From Candidatus Micrarchaeota archaeon (GTDB lineage Archaea > Micrarchaeota > Micrarchaeia > Norongarragalinales > Norongarragalinaceae): a stretch of 64,000 nucleotides of DNA. Position 1 is the stretch's first letter, and each line of letters starts with the position of its first letter. The stretch is taken from assembly GCA_037444485.1 (NCBI GenBank), contig JBBIMI010000002.1:9794-73793 (forward strand), read 5' to 3'. Below the pieces are notes generated by a model. It had not been told where the DNA came from. It searched no databases and saw nothing but the letters and a program-made list of their open reading frames with translations. The translations under genes were made by a program, and so were the position numbers. Shown here piece by piece: positions 9,077 through 18,719 of the stretch.

Positions 9077-9907
9077 TTACTTTCCCATCGCCTTAACCTC
9101 TGCACCCGCTTCGCCGCCCGCTTCACTGCCAGCTTCACCGCTCGCTTCGGCGCTCGCTTTCGCGGCGATAGCCTCATACTTTTCTTTTAACGCGTTTACT
9201 TGAAGCTCGCGGATTTCTTTCGAAGCACGCAACCCCATTTCGATGCACTGCGCGATTTCGTTGCGCGAAAGCATTCCGTCCATTTGGTAAAGCAAGAGTT
9301 CGCCTGAACGCGGCGCGAAAATCATTGGCATGTCGCTCTCGCCGAAGTTATCCTCGTACTTGTCTAGGTCGACTACGAGTTGCCCCTCGACTTTGCCAAC
9401 TGAAACGCCGCACGCGAGATCACGCAAGGGAATTCCAGCGTCCGCCAGCGCGACGCTGGCGGCAGTAATCGCGGCAACACGCGTTCCGCCGTCGCTTTGG
9501 AGAACTTCCATGTGCACGTCAATCATGGTTTTCGGGAAATCCTGCGTCAAGATAATGTTCTCGAAAACGTGTTTAGCGACTTTACTGATTTCAATGCTTC
9601 TGCGGTTGGGTCCGGCGCGTCCGTGTTCTTCAAGCGAGGCGAACGGAGTCATTATGTAACGCGCGTTGACGAGCGCGCGGTAAGGGTTCGTCAAGTGTTT
9701 GGGAAACACTTCGTGAGGCCCGTAAACGCCTGCGACTACTTTGTTTTTACCCCACTCTATGAATGCGGAACCGTCCGCTTGCTTCAAAACACCTGCACTG
9801 ATTTTGATTGGGCGTAGTTGCGTGAAGCTCCTGCCGTCCGCCCTCTTTCCACTGGAAATGAGCGTGGGTTTTTCTTTTTTCAGTAAAACGATTTCCTCTT
9901 CAACCAT
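9077..9907 (-). CDS. rrp41: Exosome complex exonuclease Rrp41
   Basis: RADGR, ADGSA, VYGP, LQSDGGTR, DLDKYEDNFGESDMP. Confidence 0.96.
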   Translation of the reverse strand: MVEEEIVLLKKEKPTLISSGKRADGRSFTQLRPIKISAGVLKQADGSAFIEWGKNKVVAGVYGPHEVFPKHLTNPYRALVNARYIMTPFASLEEHGRAGPNRRSIEISKVAKHVFENIILTQDFPKTMIDVHMEVLQSDGGTRVAAITAASVALADAGIPLRDLACGVSVGKVEGQLVVDLDKYEDNFGESDMPMIFAPRSGELLLYQMDGMLSRNEIAQCIEMGLRASKEIRELQVNALKEKYEAIAAKASAEASGEAGSEAGGEAGAEVKAMGK

Positions 9908-9964
9908 TTTCAAGACCACCTTTTTCACGAAAAAAAATCAAAGCAGAATCAAATCACTTCGGAA

Positions 9965-10588
9965 TCAAACCGCTTTGTTTTTCGCGGATTCCGCTTGCAG
10001 GAACGCGGTGATGCGGTCCGTCAAGCCGCTCAAGTGTGCTTCCCTGCAGATTTTCAAAATCGCGAGCGTGGCGAGCGCGACGTCGCCGCCCTTCAAGTAA
10101 ATGCGGCCGTTCTTGCCGACGAGAATGTCTGTCCGCGTATACTGTTTCAGCGTGGTAAGCATGCTCGCGTTTCTACCTATCACGCGCGGCACTTTCACTG
10201 GTTCAATGTCTAGAATCTCGCCACCCCAAAGCCTGCGCGGGCGTCCGAGGACAGCTTCATGCACTTCGTTTACGTCGATTATTTCAGCGGAAACGACGTC
10301 GGCAAGTTCGAATGTTTCACGCGACTCGCGCGCGTTCAATTGGCCTTCGTAGGGCGAGTTTATGTCGAGCACGTAACCATTGAATTTTTCTTCTTTCACG
10401 ATTCCAATAACTAAATCGCCTAATTTCGGTAAGTAGCGTCCCTTTAAAGGAATTATTCGGTCTTCCCGCATTAAAGAAATCGTGGAAGCGAACGTCTTCC
10501 CGTTTTCAATGAAAGTTCCTTCAACGCGCTTGGGCGAATCGAACACTAGCTCGCCTGGAACAACTATTTTTTTTCCAATCAACTTCAA
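9965..10588 (-). CDS. rrp4: Exosome RNA-binding cap protein Rrp4
   Basis: IVVPGE, YLPKLGDLVIG (S1), VPRVIGRNASM (KH). Confidence 0.95.
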   Translation of the reverse strand: MKLIGKKIVVPGELVFDSPKRVEGTFIENGKTFASTISLMREDRIIPLKGRYLPKLGDLVIGIVKEEKFNGYVLDINSPYEGQLNARESRETFELADVVSAEIIDVNEVHEAVLGRPRRLWGGEILDIEPVKVPRVIGRNASMLTTLKQYTRTDILVGKNGRIYLKGGDVALATLAILKICREAHLSGLTDRITAFLQAESAKNKAV

Positions 10589-10693
10589 AAAACACCCCCT
10601 TCAAAACCAAAAAACAAAGTCAAATAACAAAAAACAAACGCGAGGCAAAACTCAAAAAAAACCAAAAACTCAAAAAAAACAAAAACAACTTTT

Positions 10694-11386
10694 TTAATTC
10701 AGCGTTTTCGTTTGCGCTTGCCCTGCAGTCGTTTTGTTTAAGCGGTCTGAAAACTCTCCCAACATTCCTGCTGGAAATTCGCATACGCACGACAGCGAAC
10801 CGTCCGCGCCCCACTCTTCATTCCGCATTCCGTACTCTCTCAGGAGTCCGAACGTCTTGCCAGCGAACTCTGCAGGCACTTTAACTGCAATCCTTGTTTT
10901 TTCCAAGCTTATTGGAATGATTTCGCGAATCTTTTCGATTGCGGCGACTGCTTGTTCTTCAGCGCTCTTGAAAGCATCAACGTGAAAACCTGCTTCTTCA
11001 AGCGCTTTTTCCACGCGCGCTGGCGGGTGCGGTGCTTTCGTCCGCGGGTCTACAGCCTCGCGCGAGATTAACGCGATTATCTTAGCTTTTTTTTCTTCAA
11101 CGAGTTTGCGGCGTTGGTCGGTAGTCAACTGCAGCTCGCCTTCGGCGAAAATGTGGCGGGCGACTTCCATCACGTCCGTCGTGCCGAAGACTTTCTTGAG
11201 TGCACTCGCATTCTGTCGCTCGCCTTTCCGCGCGTCGCTGAACACCTCGTCGACGACGAGAACGTTCTCGAGCGTCTTGCGCGCGCCTGTCTTGTACTCG
11301 TAAGAAAGTTTTGGGTCTACGAGAATCTCGAATTTCTCGCCGCTTTTTTCTAAACGCGCAATTATCGTGTTCTCTATTCCAGTCAT
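10694..11386 (-). CDS. sdo1: Ribosome maturation factor SBDS/Sdo1
   Basis: GEKFEILVDP, FGTTD, GELQLT, DPRTKAPHPP. Confidence 0.96.
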   Translation of the reverse strand: MTGIENTIIARLEKSGEKFEILVDPKLSYEYKTGARKTLENVLVVDEVFSDARKGERQNASALKKVFGTTDVMEVARHIFAEGELQLTTDQRRKLVEEKKAKIIALISREAVDPRTKAPHPPARVEKALEEAGFHVDAFKSAEEQAVAAIEKIREIIPISLEKTRIAVKVPAEFAGKTFGLLREYGMRNEEWGADGSLSCVCEFPAGMLGEFSDRLNKTTAGQAQTKTLN

Positions 11387-11573
11387 TTCACGTCATTTCA
11401 CTAATCCGGCTTTTTTCAGTTTTCCAGTTTTCTCTGGTTTTCCTGTTTTTTGATTTATTTTTTGATTTTTCTGATTTTCTAGTTTCCTGTTTTTTGATTT
11501 TTTTGATTTTTCTGATTTTTTTCTCCCCGATTTTTTTCGAGTTTTTCCGGTTTCCTTTCCCGATTTTTTGGCT

Positions 11574-12320
11574 TCAACCTTTCTTTTCAGGTTTTTCTGG
11601 TTTTTCAGGTTTTTCTGTAAAGAAAGCTGTTACTTCAGCTTGCGAGAGTAGTTTGACTTTTTTTTCTTCGGAATAAACTATCGCGATGTCAACTGTTTGC
11701 GGAAGAATTTTCTCTTCAGAGCTCTTGCGCAGCGCGCGCAACGCGAGCCGCACACCGTCCTGCAAGCTCAACCCCTCGCGGTATTCCTTGTCGAAAAACT
11801 CTTCTACAACTTTTTTTCCAGCTCCAATCGCAGTTGCCTTGTACTCAAACAATGCGCCGCTTGGGTCTGTTTCAAACAAGCGCGGCTTACCGTCTACGCC
11901 GGCAAGCAAAAGCGAAACGCCGTACGGACGAACCCCAGCGTACTGCGTAAACATTTGCACGTGGTCGCCTACTTTTTTTGAAAGCATTTCGATGCTAATT
12001 GGCTCATCGTAAGTCAACCTGTGCTTTTGCGCTTCGATGCGCGCGAAGTCCACAAGCTTTCGCGCGTCTGCAACGAGTCCGGAACTCGATGCAGCAATGT
12101 GGGAATCGATTTGAAAAATTTTTTCGTGCGACTCGCCCACGAGCAAGGCCGATGGAATGCGCTTGTGTGCTACCAACGCGACTCCGTCAGTGCACACTAT
12201 TCCGATGCTCGTGCTCCCAGTCTTGACGGCTTCCCGCGCGTACTCTACCTGAAACAATCGCCCGTCGGGAGAAAATACGGTAATCGCGCGGTCGTAAGCA
12301 GCTTGGCTTGGAGGATACAT
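11574..12320 (-). CDS. psmA: Proteasome alpha subunit
   Basis: [23 protein letters not shown] at 12320 behind GAGGTGA. Confidence 0.97.
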   Translation of the reverse strand: MYPPSQAAYDRAITVFSPDGRLFQVEYAREAVKTGSTSIGIVCTDGVALVAHKRIPSALLVGESHEKIFQIDSHIAASSSGLVADARKLVDFARIEAQKHRLTYDEPISIEMLSKKVGDHVQMFTQYAGVRPYGVSLLLAGVDGKPRLFETDPSGALFEYKATAIGAGKKVVEEFFDKEYREGLSLQDGVRLALRALRKSSEEKILPQTVDIAIVYSEEKKVKLLSQAEVTAFFTEKPEKPEKPEKKG

Positions 12321-12577
12321 AATCAAACTCACCTCTTTCTTTTCAGGCGTTCCACAGTTTCGCGAATTCCGCGAATTCAGCGTCACGCAATCTCTGCAAT
12401 CTAATCAAACAATTAACCCTGCAAGTTAATAAAAACTTTTAAAAACTTTTTTTTGGAGAAAGTAGAGTTGAAGCGACTCGTCAAAAATCGAGCAATCCTT
12501 CAACTGATGTTTCCCGCATTCTTTCCTCTTCCGAAAGTATTTATGAAAAAACTGTTTTTAAACGTTTCAACAAGACT

Positions 12578-12979
12578 CTAGCGAACGAGTTTTACGAGTT
12601 TTGATAATAACCCGCTTGCCTTGCGTACTCTTAAAGCAACGCCAGCGCGCTTGCCGGTTGCGAGAGAATGGAAGCGCTTGAGCGCCAACGCAGCCACGAT
12701 AGACTCAAGCGAATCCGTGCGGCACTTTAAAACCGCGCGCTGCGTGCGCTCGTCGAATGCCTTGAAACGCAGGCCGGCTTGTGCTGCTCCCAACTCGCCA
12801 AGAAATTCGAAAGCAGCAGCGTAAAGCAAGTGTTTTGCTTCGCGTTCTCCGAGCTTTCCACCGCCTTCAACCGCGATTTCAACCAGCAAGTAACGCTTTT
12901 TTTCCAGCATTGAAATCAATCTTTTTATTAGTACTACTCGCCGAACTTCTGGAACGCGCGGCCGCGCCAGCATTTCCAT
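12578..12979 (-). CDS. pop5: RNase P protein component Pop5/Rpp14 (start uncertain)
   Basis: EKKRYLLVE, FLGELG, SGLLSKL; lies between rpp30 and psmA. Confidence 0.88.
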   Translation of the reverse strand: MEMLARPRVPEVRRVVLIKRLISMLEKKRYLLVEIAVEGGGKLGEREAKHLLYAAAFEFLGELGAAQAGLRFKAFDERTQRAVLKCRTDSLESIVAALALKRFHSLATGKRAGVALRVRKASGLLSKLVKLVR

Positions 12980-13040
12980 CCAGTCACGAAAATTATTTTC
13001 TTCATTTTTTTTATTTCACGTTATTTTCTTTATTTCACGT

Positions 13041-13595
13041 TCACGCTCTCGCATTCATCAAAAACCGCGTAAGCGCTTCGCTGAGCGCGAAAACAGCTTG
13101 CTCTCGCGTCAAGCCAAGGCACTCGCCTACCGCGATTATTTCGCGGGGCGACTTTAAGTCGAACTCGCTCTCCGCGCGGCTGGTGAAAACGAATGGCGCT
13201 TTGAGCTTCAAACACTTTTTGAGAAACGCGGCCGCCTCATCGAACAGCTTGGCGCGGTGAACGTGCGCTGAGTGCAGAAAGTAATACAACGGAATTTCGA
13301 AAACGTTTTCTGATTCGGCGACGACGCGGACCAGCCCGTCGTCGCGGTGAAAGTTTTTTACTAGAAAAGCGTTTACGAGCGCGCGGCCGCGCGCTCGCTT
13401 TGCAGCCTTGCGTAAGAGTTCGGAGTCAACTGATTCAAGCGCGTAAAAGCCATCACCATCTTCGCCGCGGATTGCATTCAAGTCGCGCTGCGTCTTGATT
13501 TCAACTGCCGGGGGCGTAAAGGTTTTCGTGAAGCCTAAGGCTAGCGCTTGCTTTTCTAGTTGCGAATTCCGCAAGTTCAAGTCGAAAAACTGCAA
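13041..13595 (-). CDS. rpp30: RNase P protein component Rpp30
   Basis: FFDLN start, APFVFTSRAES-FDLKSPRE, LGL; superoperon context. Confidence 0.88.
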   Translation of the reverse strand: MQFFDLNLRNSQLEKQALALGFTKTFTPPAVEIKTQRDLNAIRGEDGDGFYALESVDSELLRKAAKRARGRALVNAFLVKNFHRDDGLVRVVAESENVFEIPLYYFLHSAHVHRAKLFDEAAAFLKKCLKLKAPFVFTSRAESEFDLKSPREIIAVGECLGLTREQAVFALSEALTRFLMNARA

Positions 13596-13623
13596 TCCGT
13601 TTCTCTACTCGTTTGCTTCAAGC

Positions 13624-13905
13624 AGCAGGCGGCGGGCCGTAGCCCGCTTTCTGTTTGTCACGGCATTGAACTAAGCGGCGTTTAAACGCCTTACACTCTT
13701 TGAACGAAGCGCGTTTCACCCTGCGAGCCGCAACGTCTCGCTTTCGCGTTCATCCTGCGCGAATGCAGGCATCGTTTCTGTTCTTCGTTCCCCGCCTTAA
13801 GCGGCGGCGCTTGCGCGCCTTTACATCGAATCGAGTGAGCGGAGCTTCCTCAGCAACCCCTTTTTTGAAGAGGGGCCACCGACAGCCGTGCACCCTCCGC
13901 CTGCC
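13624..13905 (-). ncRNA. rnpB: RNase P RNA
   Basis: P1 GCAGGCGG/CCGCCTGC, CR-I GAGGAAGCTCCGC, CR-II ACAGAAACG, CR-III TGAAACG, CR-V ACAGAAAGCGGGCTAC; TTTAAATA box ~25 nt upstream. Confidence 0.93.
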
Positions 13906-13964
13906 TAATAGTATTATGCGTGTGCGATTATTTAAATCAGTTTATTTTAATAACTACGCCTAAA

Positions 13965-14077
13965 GGCGCAGGATTCCAGCATGTTGCATGTTGCCCGGCT
14001 TGCGCTGGATGGCGTAACTATCAGCGCGCGTTATGCGTGCGTTCGTGCGCGTAACGCGAGACGTCAAGGCTTGCGCC
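13965..14077 (+). ncRNA. Candidate structured ncRNA of unknown family
   Basis: Closing helix GGCGCAGG/CTTGCGCC, arms TCCAGC/GCTGGA and TGGCGT/ACGTCA, 14-bp hairpin 14027-14058; G-U pairs favour the + strand. Confidence 0.4.
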
Positions 14078-14232
14078 GCCTACGCCTACGAAGCCCGCGC
14101 AATCCCTACAAAAACTGGCAAACAACTGAAGAAAAACAATTTGATTCATTGCCTTGAAGAACAACGGATTCCTCAGCCAAACATATTAAACAAGTTTTTT
14201 CAAAAACAAATGCGTCAAAAAAGTGAAAAAGT

Positions 14233-14347
14233 GGGCCGGTAGATCAGCAGCCAAGCCCTTAAAGCGTTGCAAGACGCTTCAATGGTTTTGCTAAAGATCG
14301 CATGCTTCGCAAGCATGAGGCCGCGGGTGCAATTCCCGCCCGGTCCA
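14233..14347 (+). tRNA. tRNA-Ala(CGC) with 43-nt D-loop intron at 20/21 (14252-14294)
   Basis: G3:U70 acceptor, anticodon loop TTCGCAA, BHB helix AGCA/TGCT with bulges GC|C and AA|A; the spliced D loop matches the intronless tRNA-Ala(GGC) at 6 of 7 positions. Confidence 0.93.
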
Positions 14348-14375
14348 CTTTCCTCTCGCTCTCTAAAAAAGGAGT

Positions 14376-15281
14376 TTGGAATTGAAGAAAAAACTCGCCA
14401 TTGTTTTAAACGCTGTTGTAGCCGTCCTCTTGTTTTACTTGTTCATTACTCGATTCGAGTTCGCAAGCTTAACTGCCCAAGCAAAACAGGTTAACCTGTT
14501 TTGGCTCGCGCCCGCAATCGCGTGCTACTTGGCGATGAACTTCACTAGCGCGCTACGCTTAAAGAAAATACTTCGCTTACCGCTTTCCGTGACGCGCGTT
14601 TTCTTTATTCACATGCAAGCATTGCTGTTCAGCGATGTTACGCCTGGCAGGAGCGGTTACGCGTACCTCGTTTACTCGCTGCGCAAGCACCAGAAAACGT
14701 CTGTAAACGCGCGCGTTCTCGGAATCGTTCTCGCAAGCGATTTTCTCGTCCGCGCTTTCCTAATAATCGCTTCGATAGCTTTGTTCGCGAAAGGCTTTCT
14801 CGCGGCCGGCGTTTTCCTAGCAGTACTCTCCGCCTTCGCGTTGTTGTTGTTTTGGAAGCGCGTTGCGTTGGTTGAAAAAATTTTTGCGTTAATTCCTTTC
14901 GCTGGCAAAAAGCTTTCTGAAGCGTACGACGAGGTTTTCGTGCATCACATGCATTCAAGTGTGATGCTGTACTCGCTTTACGTAAGCGCGGTAGGCGCGG
15001 TTTTGCGAGGCGCAGCCTGGTGGTTCGTGTTATACGCGATCGGCTTTTCCGCCCCGCTTTCAGCGTTCGTAGTGCTCTGCGCGTTGTTGACGAGCATTTC
15101 ATTCATTCCGCTATCGATTGCTGGACTCGGGGTGCAGGAAGCGACTGGCGCATTCTTGTTTTCGGTTCTCTTGGCTGTTCCAGCGAGCGCAGCAGCGTTA
15201 TTAATGGTGTTGATTCGCGTTGTTGAAGCTGGAACAGACTTGCTGGGCTTAAAGGAATTCATTCGTTTAGAGACTTCGTAA
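14376..15281 (+). CDS. Lysylphosphatidylglycerol-synthase-TM / AglD-like flippase domain protein
   Basis: Multi-TM protein; SDVTPGRSG, IPLSIAGLGVQEA, LIR motifs. Confidence 0.85.
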   Translation: MELKKKLAIVLNAVVAVLLFYLFITRFEFASLTAQAKQVNLFWLAPAIACYLAMNFTSALRLKKILRLPLSVTRVFFIHMQALLFSDVTPGRSGYAYLVYSLRKHQKTSVNARVLGIVLASDFLVRAFLIIASIALFAKGFLAAGVFLAVLSAFALLLFWKRVALVEKIFALIPFAGKKLSEAYDEVFVHHMHSSVMLYSLYVSAVGAVLRGAAWWFVLYAIGFSAPLSAFVVLCALLTSISFIPLSIAGLGVQEATGAFLFSVLLAVPASAAALLMVLIRVVEAGTDLLGLKEFIRLETS

Positions 15282-15377
15282 TTCAAAATAATTCAAAAAA
15301 AATTTAGCTGATTTTCACTGTTTTTCACTGGCAGGGTGGTTAAAGCAAGTTTTTAAGTTGCTTGTTCCAGCAAAATA

Positions 15378-17489
15378 ATGGTCATGGAACTAGAAACGAT
15401 TTTCGCTGGAGAATTAAGTTTAAACGACGTTCTTCTCAAGCTAGGCTACTCCGCGCTTAATCCCATGCAAGAGCAAGCGCTTCCACTGCTTTCTGAAACG
15501 CGTTTGCTAGTCAGCGCGCCCACAGCCAGCGGCAAGACACTATTAGCATTACTGAAAATAGTGAAAAACTTTCTTGAAACCAAGACGAAAGCGCTTTACG
15601 TAGTGCCGCTCCGCGCGCTCGCCAACGAAAAACACGCGGAGTTCGAACGCGCGCTGGCGAGCTTCGAAATGAAGGTTGCAGTAAGCACTGGCGACTACGA
15701 TTCGAATAGTGAAGAACTTGCTGCCTTCGACGTGATAATAGTTACAAGCGAAAAGCTCGACTCGCTTTTGCGTCACAAGGCAAGATGGTTGAAGGACGTT
15801 GGGTTAGCTGTAGTCGATGAAGTGCACTTGCTTAACGACGACGAGCGGGGAGCAACCCTAGAAATCGTTTTAACGAAACTAGTGCAAACGCAGGCACAGT
15901 TGCTTTGCCTCAGCGCGACAGTTCCCAACAACAAGGAAATCGCGGAATGGCTTTCAGCCGAACTCTTCACGAATTCCTGGCGTCCAACGCCACTAGAAAT
16001 AGGTGTTTGCGACAAGAAAAAAATTTTCTTTGCGCAAAAAAGCGAGAAGATTAGCGACGAGAAGCTCGCACTCCAGGAACTCGTAGAAAAAGCGCTTTCA
16101 GAAAACCAACGCAAAGGCCAAGCACTAGTGTTCGTCTCAACGCGCAAGAACGCTGAAGCGCTAGCACTCGAACTCGCACAAACGACAAGCAAGTTTCTCA
16201 CCGAAGAAGAAAAAAAAGAGTGCGAGTTGCTCGCCGCGCGCGCTTTGCGCGCGCTCGGCACCCCAACGCGCCAGTGCAGGCTGCTTGCCGAGTGCTTGAA
16301 GAATGGCGTGAGTTTTCATCATGCGGGTATCGAGTCGAAGCAAAGACAGTTGATTGAAAAGGGCTTCAAGCGAGACCGCTGCATTAAAGCGATTGTTTGT
16401 ACTACGACGCTAGCGATGGGTGTTGATTACCCGGCGAGTTGGGTTATCGTCAGGGATTTGAAGCGTTTTAACGGCGCTTTTTCGGAGTTTATCCCGAATT
16501 TAGAGTGCGCTCAGATGACCGGCAGGGCAGGGCGGCCGCGCTTCGATGCGAAGGGAACCGGGATTCTCGTCTGCAAGCCCGGCGAGCGGCGGAAAGTCGT
16601 TGAAAAATACGTTTACGGCCCTCTCGAGAATATTTACTCGAAGCTTGCGAGCGAGCCGGTGTTACGCGCGCACGTTCTCGCGCTGATTGCTGAAGACTAC
16701 TGTAAGAATGCGGGCGAGTTGAAAAAATTTTTCGAAAAAACTTTTTTCGCGTTCCAGTATGGGGACTCGCGGGATTTGATTGCGAAAGTCGAGCGAGTTG
16801 TTGAAGAACTGAAGGACATGGATTTCGTGCGCGAAAAGCAGAACACGCTTTTGGCCACGCCAGTAGGCAAGCGGACCGCCGAGTTGTACATTGACCCGTT
16901 GACCGCTTACTCGTTTTTAAAGTTTATAGACGAAACTAAAAAACGCGAAAAAAACGAATTCGCTTTCCTAATGGCTTTAAACAACGCGACCGAAGCACGG
17001 CCGCTCATTGAAGCCGCGCACGACGAGGAAAACGCTTTATGGGAAGAATTGTACGCGTTGCTCGATGATTTCGACATTCAAGCGGCAGAATTCGATGCTA
17101 GCACGCTCGACAAGTACAAAACCGCGAAAGTGTTGAACGCGTGGATTAATGAAGAAAGTGAAGACAACATTTTTAACCAATTCAACATTCCACCCGGAGT
17201 CCTGCATGCGAGAATGCGGAATGCCGAGTGGCTTGCTTACGCGCTTCAAGAACTCGCGTTCATGCAAAACGCGACAGACGCGTTCAAGAAAGCGAGAATC
17301 CTGCGGCGAAGAATCAAGCATGGAGTAAAACGCGAGTTGCTTGAACTCTGCCGCGTGCGCGGAATCGGGCGCGTCCGCGCTAGACGGCTTTACGCTGCCG
17401 GAATCCGCACGCTCGACGAATTCCGCGCGAAAACCAAAGACGAAATCAAGAGTATTCTGAAGACGGGCGTCGAAGACGCGGGCGCATAA
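15378..17489 (+). CDS. hel308: Ski2-like DNA helicase Hel308/Hjm
   Basis: APTASGKT, DEVH, SAT, FHHAG, QMTGRAGRP, C-terminal HhH GIGRVRARRL. Confidence 0.95.
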   Translation: MVMELETIFAGELSLNDVLLKLGYSALNPMQEQALPLLSETRLLVSAPTASGKTLLALLKIVKNFLETKTKALYVVPLRALANEKHAEFERALASFEMKVAVSTGDYDSNSEELAAFDVIIVTSEKLDSLLRHKARWLKDVGLAVVDEVHLLNDDERGATLEIVLTKLVQTQAQLLCLSATVPNNKEIAEWLSAELFTNSWRPTPLEIGVCDKKKIFFAQKSEKISDEKLALQELVEKALSENQRKGQALVFVSTRKNAEALALELAQTTSKFLTEEEKKECELLAARALRALGTPTRQCRLLAECLKNGVSFHHAGIESKQRQLIEKGFKRDRCIKAIVCTTTLAMGVDYPASWVIVRDLKRFNGAFSEFIPNLECAQMTGRAGRPRFDAKGTGILVCKPGERRKVVEKYVYGPLENIYSKLASEPVLRAHVLALIAEDYCKNAGELKKFFEKTFFAFQYGDSRDLIAKVERVVEELKDMDFVREKQNTLLATPVGKRTAELYIDPLTAYSFLKFIDETKKREKNEFAFLMALNNATEARPLIEAAHDEENALWEELYALLDDFDIQAAEFDASTLDKYKTAKVLNAWINEESEDNIFNQFNIPPGVLHARMRNAEWLAYALQELAFMQNATDAFKKARILRRRIKHGVKRELLELCRVRGIGRVRARRLYAAGIRTLDEFRAKTKDEIKSILKTGVEDAGA

Positions 17490-17541
17490 ATAGCGACGCA
17501 TAATAACTTAATAACTAATAGTGTAATAGTGTATATACTAA

Positions 17542-17632
17542 CAATTATAAACGTCTAGCTGACAAACATCCAACAAACAAAAATATTATGCTGGCAATTA
17601 TAAACGTCTAGCTGACAAACATCCAACAAACA
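17542..17632. repeat. 38-bp perfect direct repeat (17542-17579, 17595-17632) within an AT-rich low-complexity tract
   Basis: caattataaacgtctagctgacaaacatccaacaaaca x2 with a 15-bp spacer. Confidence 0.9.
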
Positions 17633-17895
17633 TCTTAACAAACAAAGAATTAGTAATAATAATCATAAAAAAAATAAAAAAAATAATGACTAATAAACTA
17701 GTAATAATAACTATAAAAAAATAAACTAGTAATAACTATAAAAATGATGACTAATAAAGAATAATAATAAAAATAAAATAATATAATAATAAAAATAAAA
17801 TAATATAGACCTCTATAGAAAAATAATGATTAATAACATAAATCTCTAGCGCGAAAAAATTATTTTACTCGAAAGCTTATTTGGAGGAACCATAA

Positions 17896-18009
17896 TTGGG
17901 TGCTAGACCACGCAAGTGGAAAAAAAAGGGGCACATGCGCTGGAAGTGGATTAAGAAGAAACGAAAGCGCTTGAAGCGCATGCAGAAGCGCCGCGTCGGC
18001 GAGCTGTAA
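17896..18009 (+). CDS. rpl41e: Ribosomal protein L41e (eL41/eS32), long form
   Basis: TTG start behind [42 protein letters not shown]; missed by the ORF track. Confidence 0.9.
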   Translation: MGARPRKWKKKGHMRWKWIKKKRKRLKRMQKRRVGEL

Positions 18010-18056
18010 GCAACGCGGGCGTCAGCTTTTATTTTGCTTTCTTCCTACAGTAATTC

Positions 18057-18638
18057 ATGCAACTAGTTCACGCGAACGATTTCCACGCATTCGAAAAAAA
18101 AATTCGTGAAGCGATTCGCGGCGGGGAAGTTTTCATCTACCCGACGGACACTATTTACGGGCTAGGCTGCAACGCGCTTAAAAGCGAGGCAGTAGCGAAA
18201 ATCCGTTTGCTGAAAGAACGCGAGCGAAAACCATTTTCAGTAATCGCACCTTCCCTCGCGTGGATTGAGGAAAACCTTGAAGTCAGCCAGCAAGCACGCG
18301 AATTCATTCAAGAAAACCTGCCGGGAGCTTTCACTATACTCTTGAAAATGAAGAACGAGAACTGCGTTTCGCCTGAAGTCGTGAAAGGCGGAAAGCCAAG
18401 CGTTTTAGGTGTACGTATTCCACGCCACTGGTTCACGCAAGTAGTGCGCAAAGCAAACGTGCCGTTCGTGACTACGAGCGTCAACAAGTCCGGCGGAAAA
18501 TTCATGACGAGCATCCGCGACTGCGACAAGACGATTCTCGCGAATGTTGACTACGTGGTTTACGAGGGCCCAAAACACGGAAAACCCAGCACCATAATCG
18601 ATTTCACTAGCGGTAAAAAGAAAACCGTGAAACGCTGA
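18057..18638 (+). CDS. tsaC: Threonylcarbamoyl-AMP synthase (YrdC/TsaC domain only)
   Basis: YPTDTIYGLGC, LKER..KP, GVRIP, TSVN, PSTIID. Confidence 0.94.
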   Translation: MQLVHANDFHAFEKKIREAIRGGEVFIYPTDTIYGLGCNALKSEAVAKIRLLKERERKPFSVIAPSLAWIEENLEVSQQAREFIQENLPGAFTILLKMKNENCVSPEVVKGGKPSVLGVRIPRHWFTQVVRKANVPFVTTSVNKSGGKFMTSIRDCDKTILANVDYVVYEGPKHGKPSTIIDFTSGKKKTVKR

Positions 18639-18719
18639 CAAACACCGACAAACAAACAAAAAAAACAAAAAACAAACAAAAAACCATGAAACGCTGGCAA
18701 ACACTGACAAACACTGGCT

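Noticed and set aside
13965..14077. 5S rRNA
   Set aside because: Similar topology, but the conserved loop C and loop E sequences are missing
17542..17632. 38-bp direct repeat as a CRISPR array
   Set aside because: Only two copies, a 15-bp spacer and no cas genes in the window
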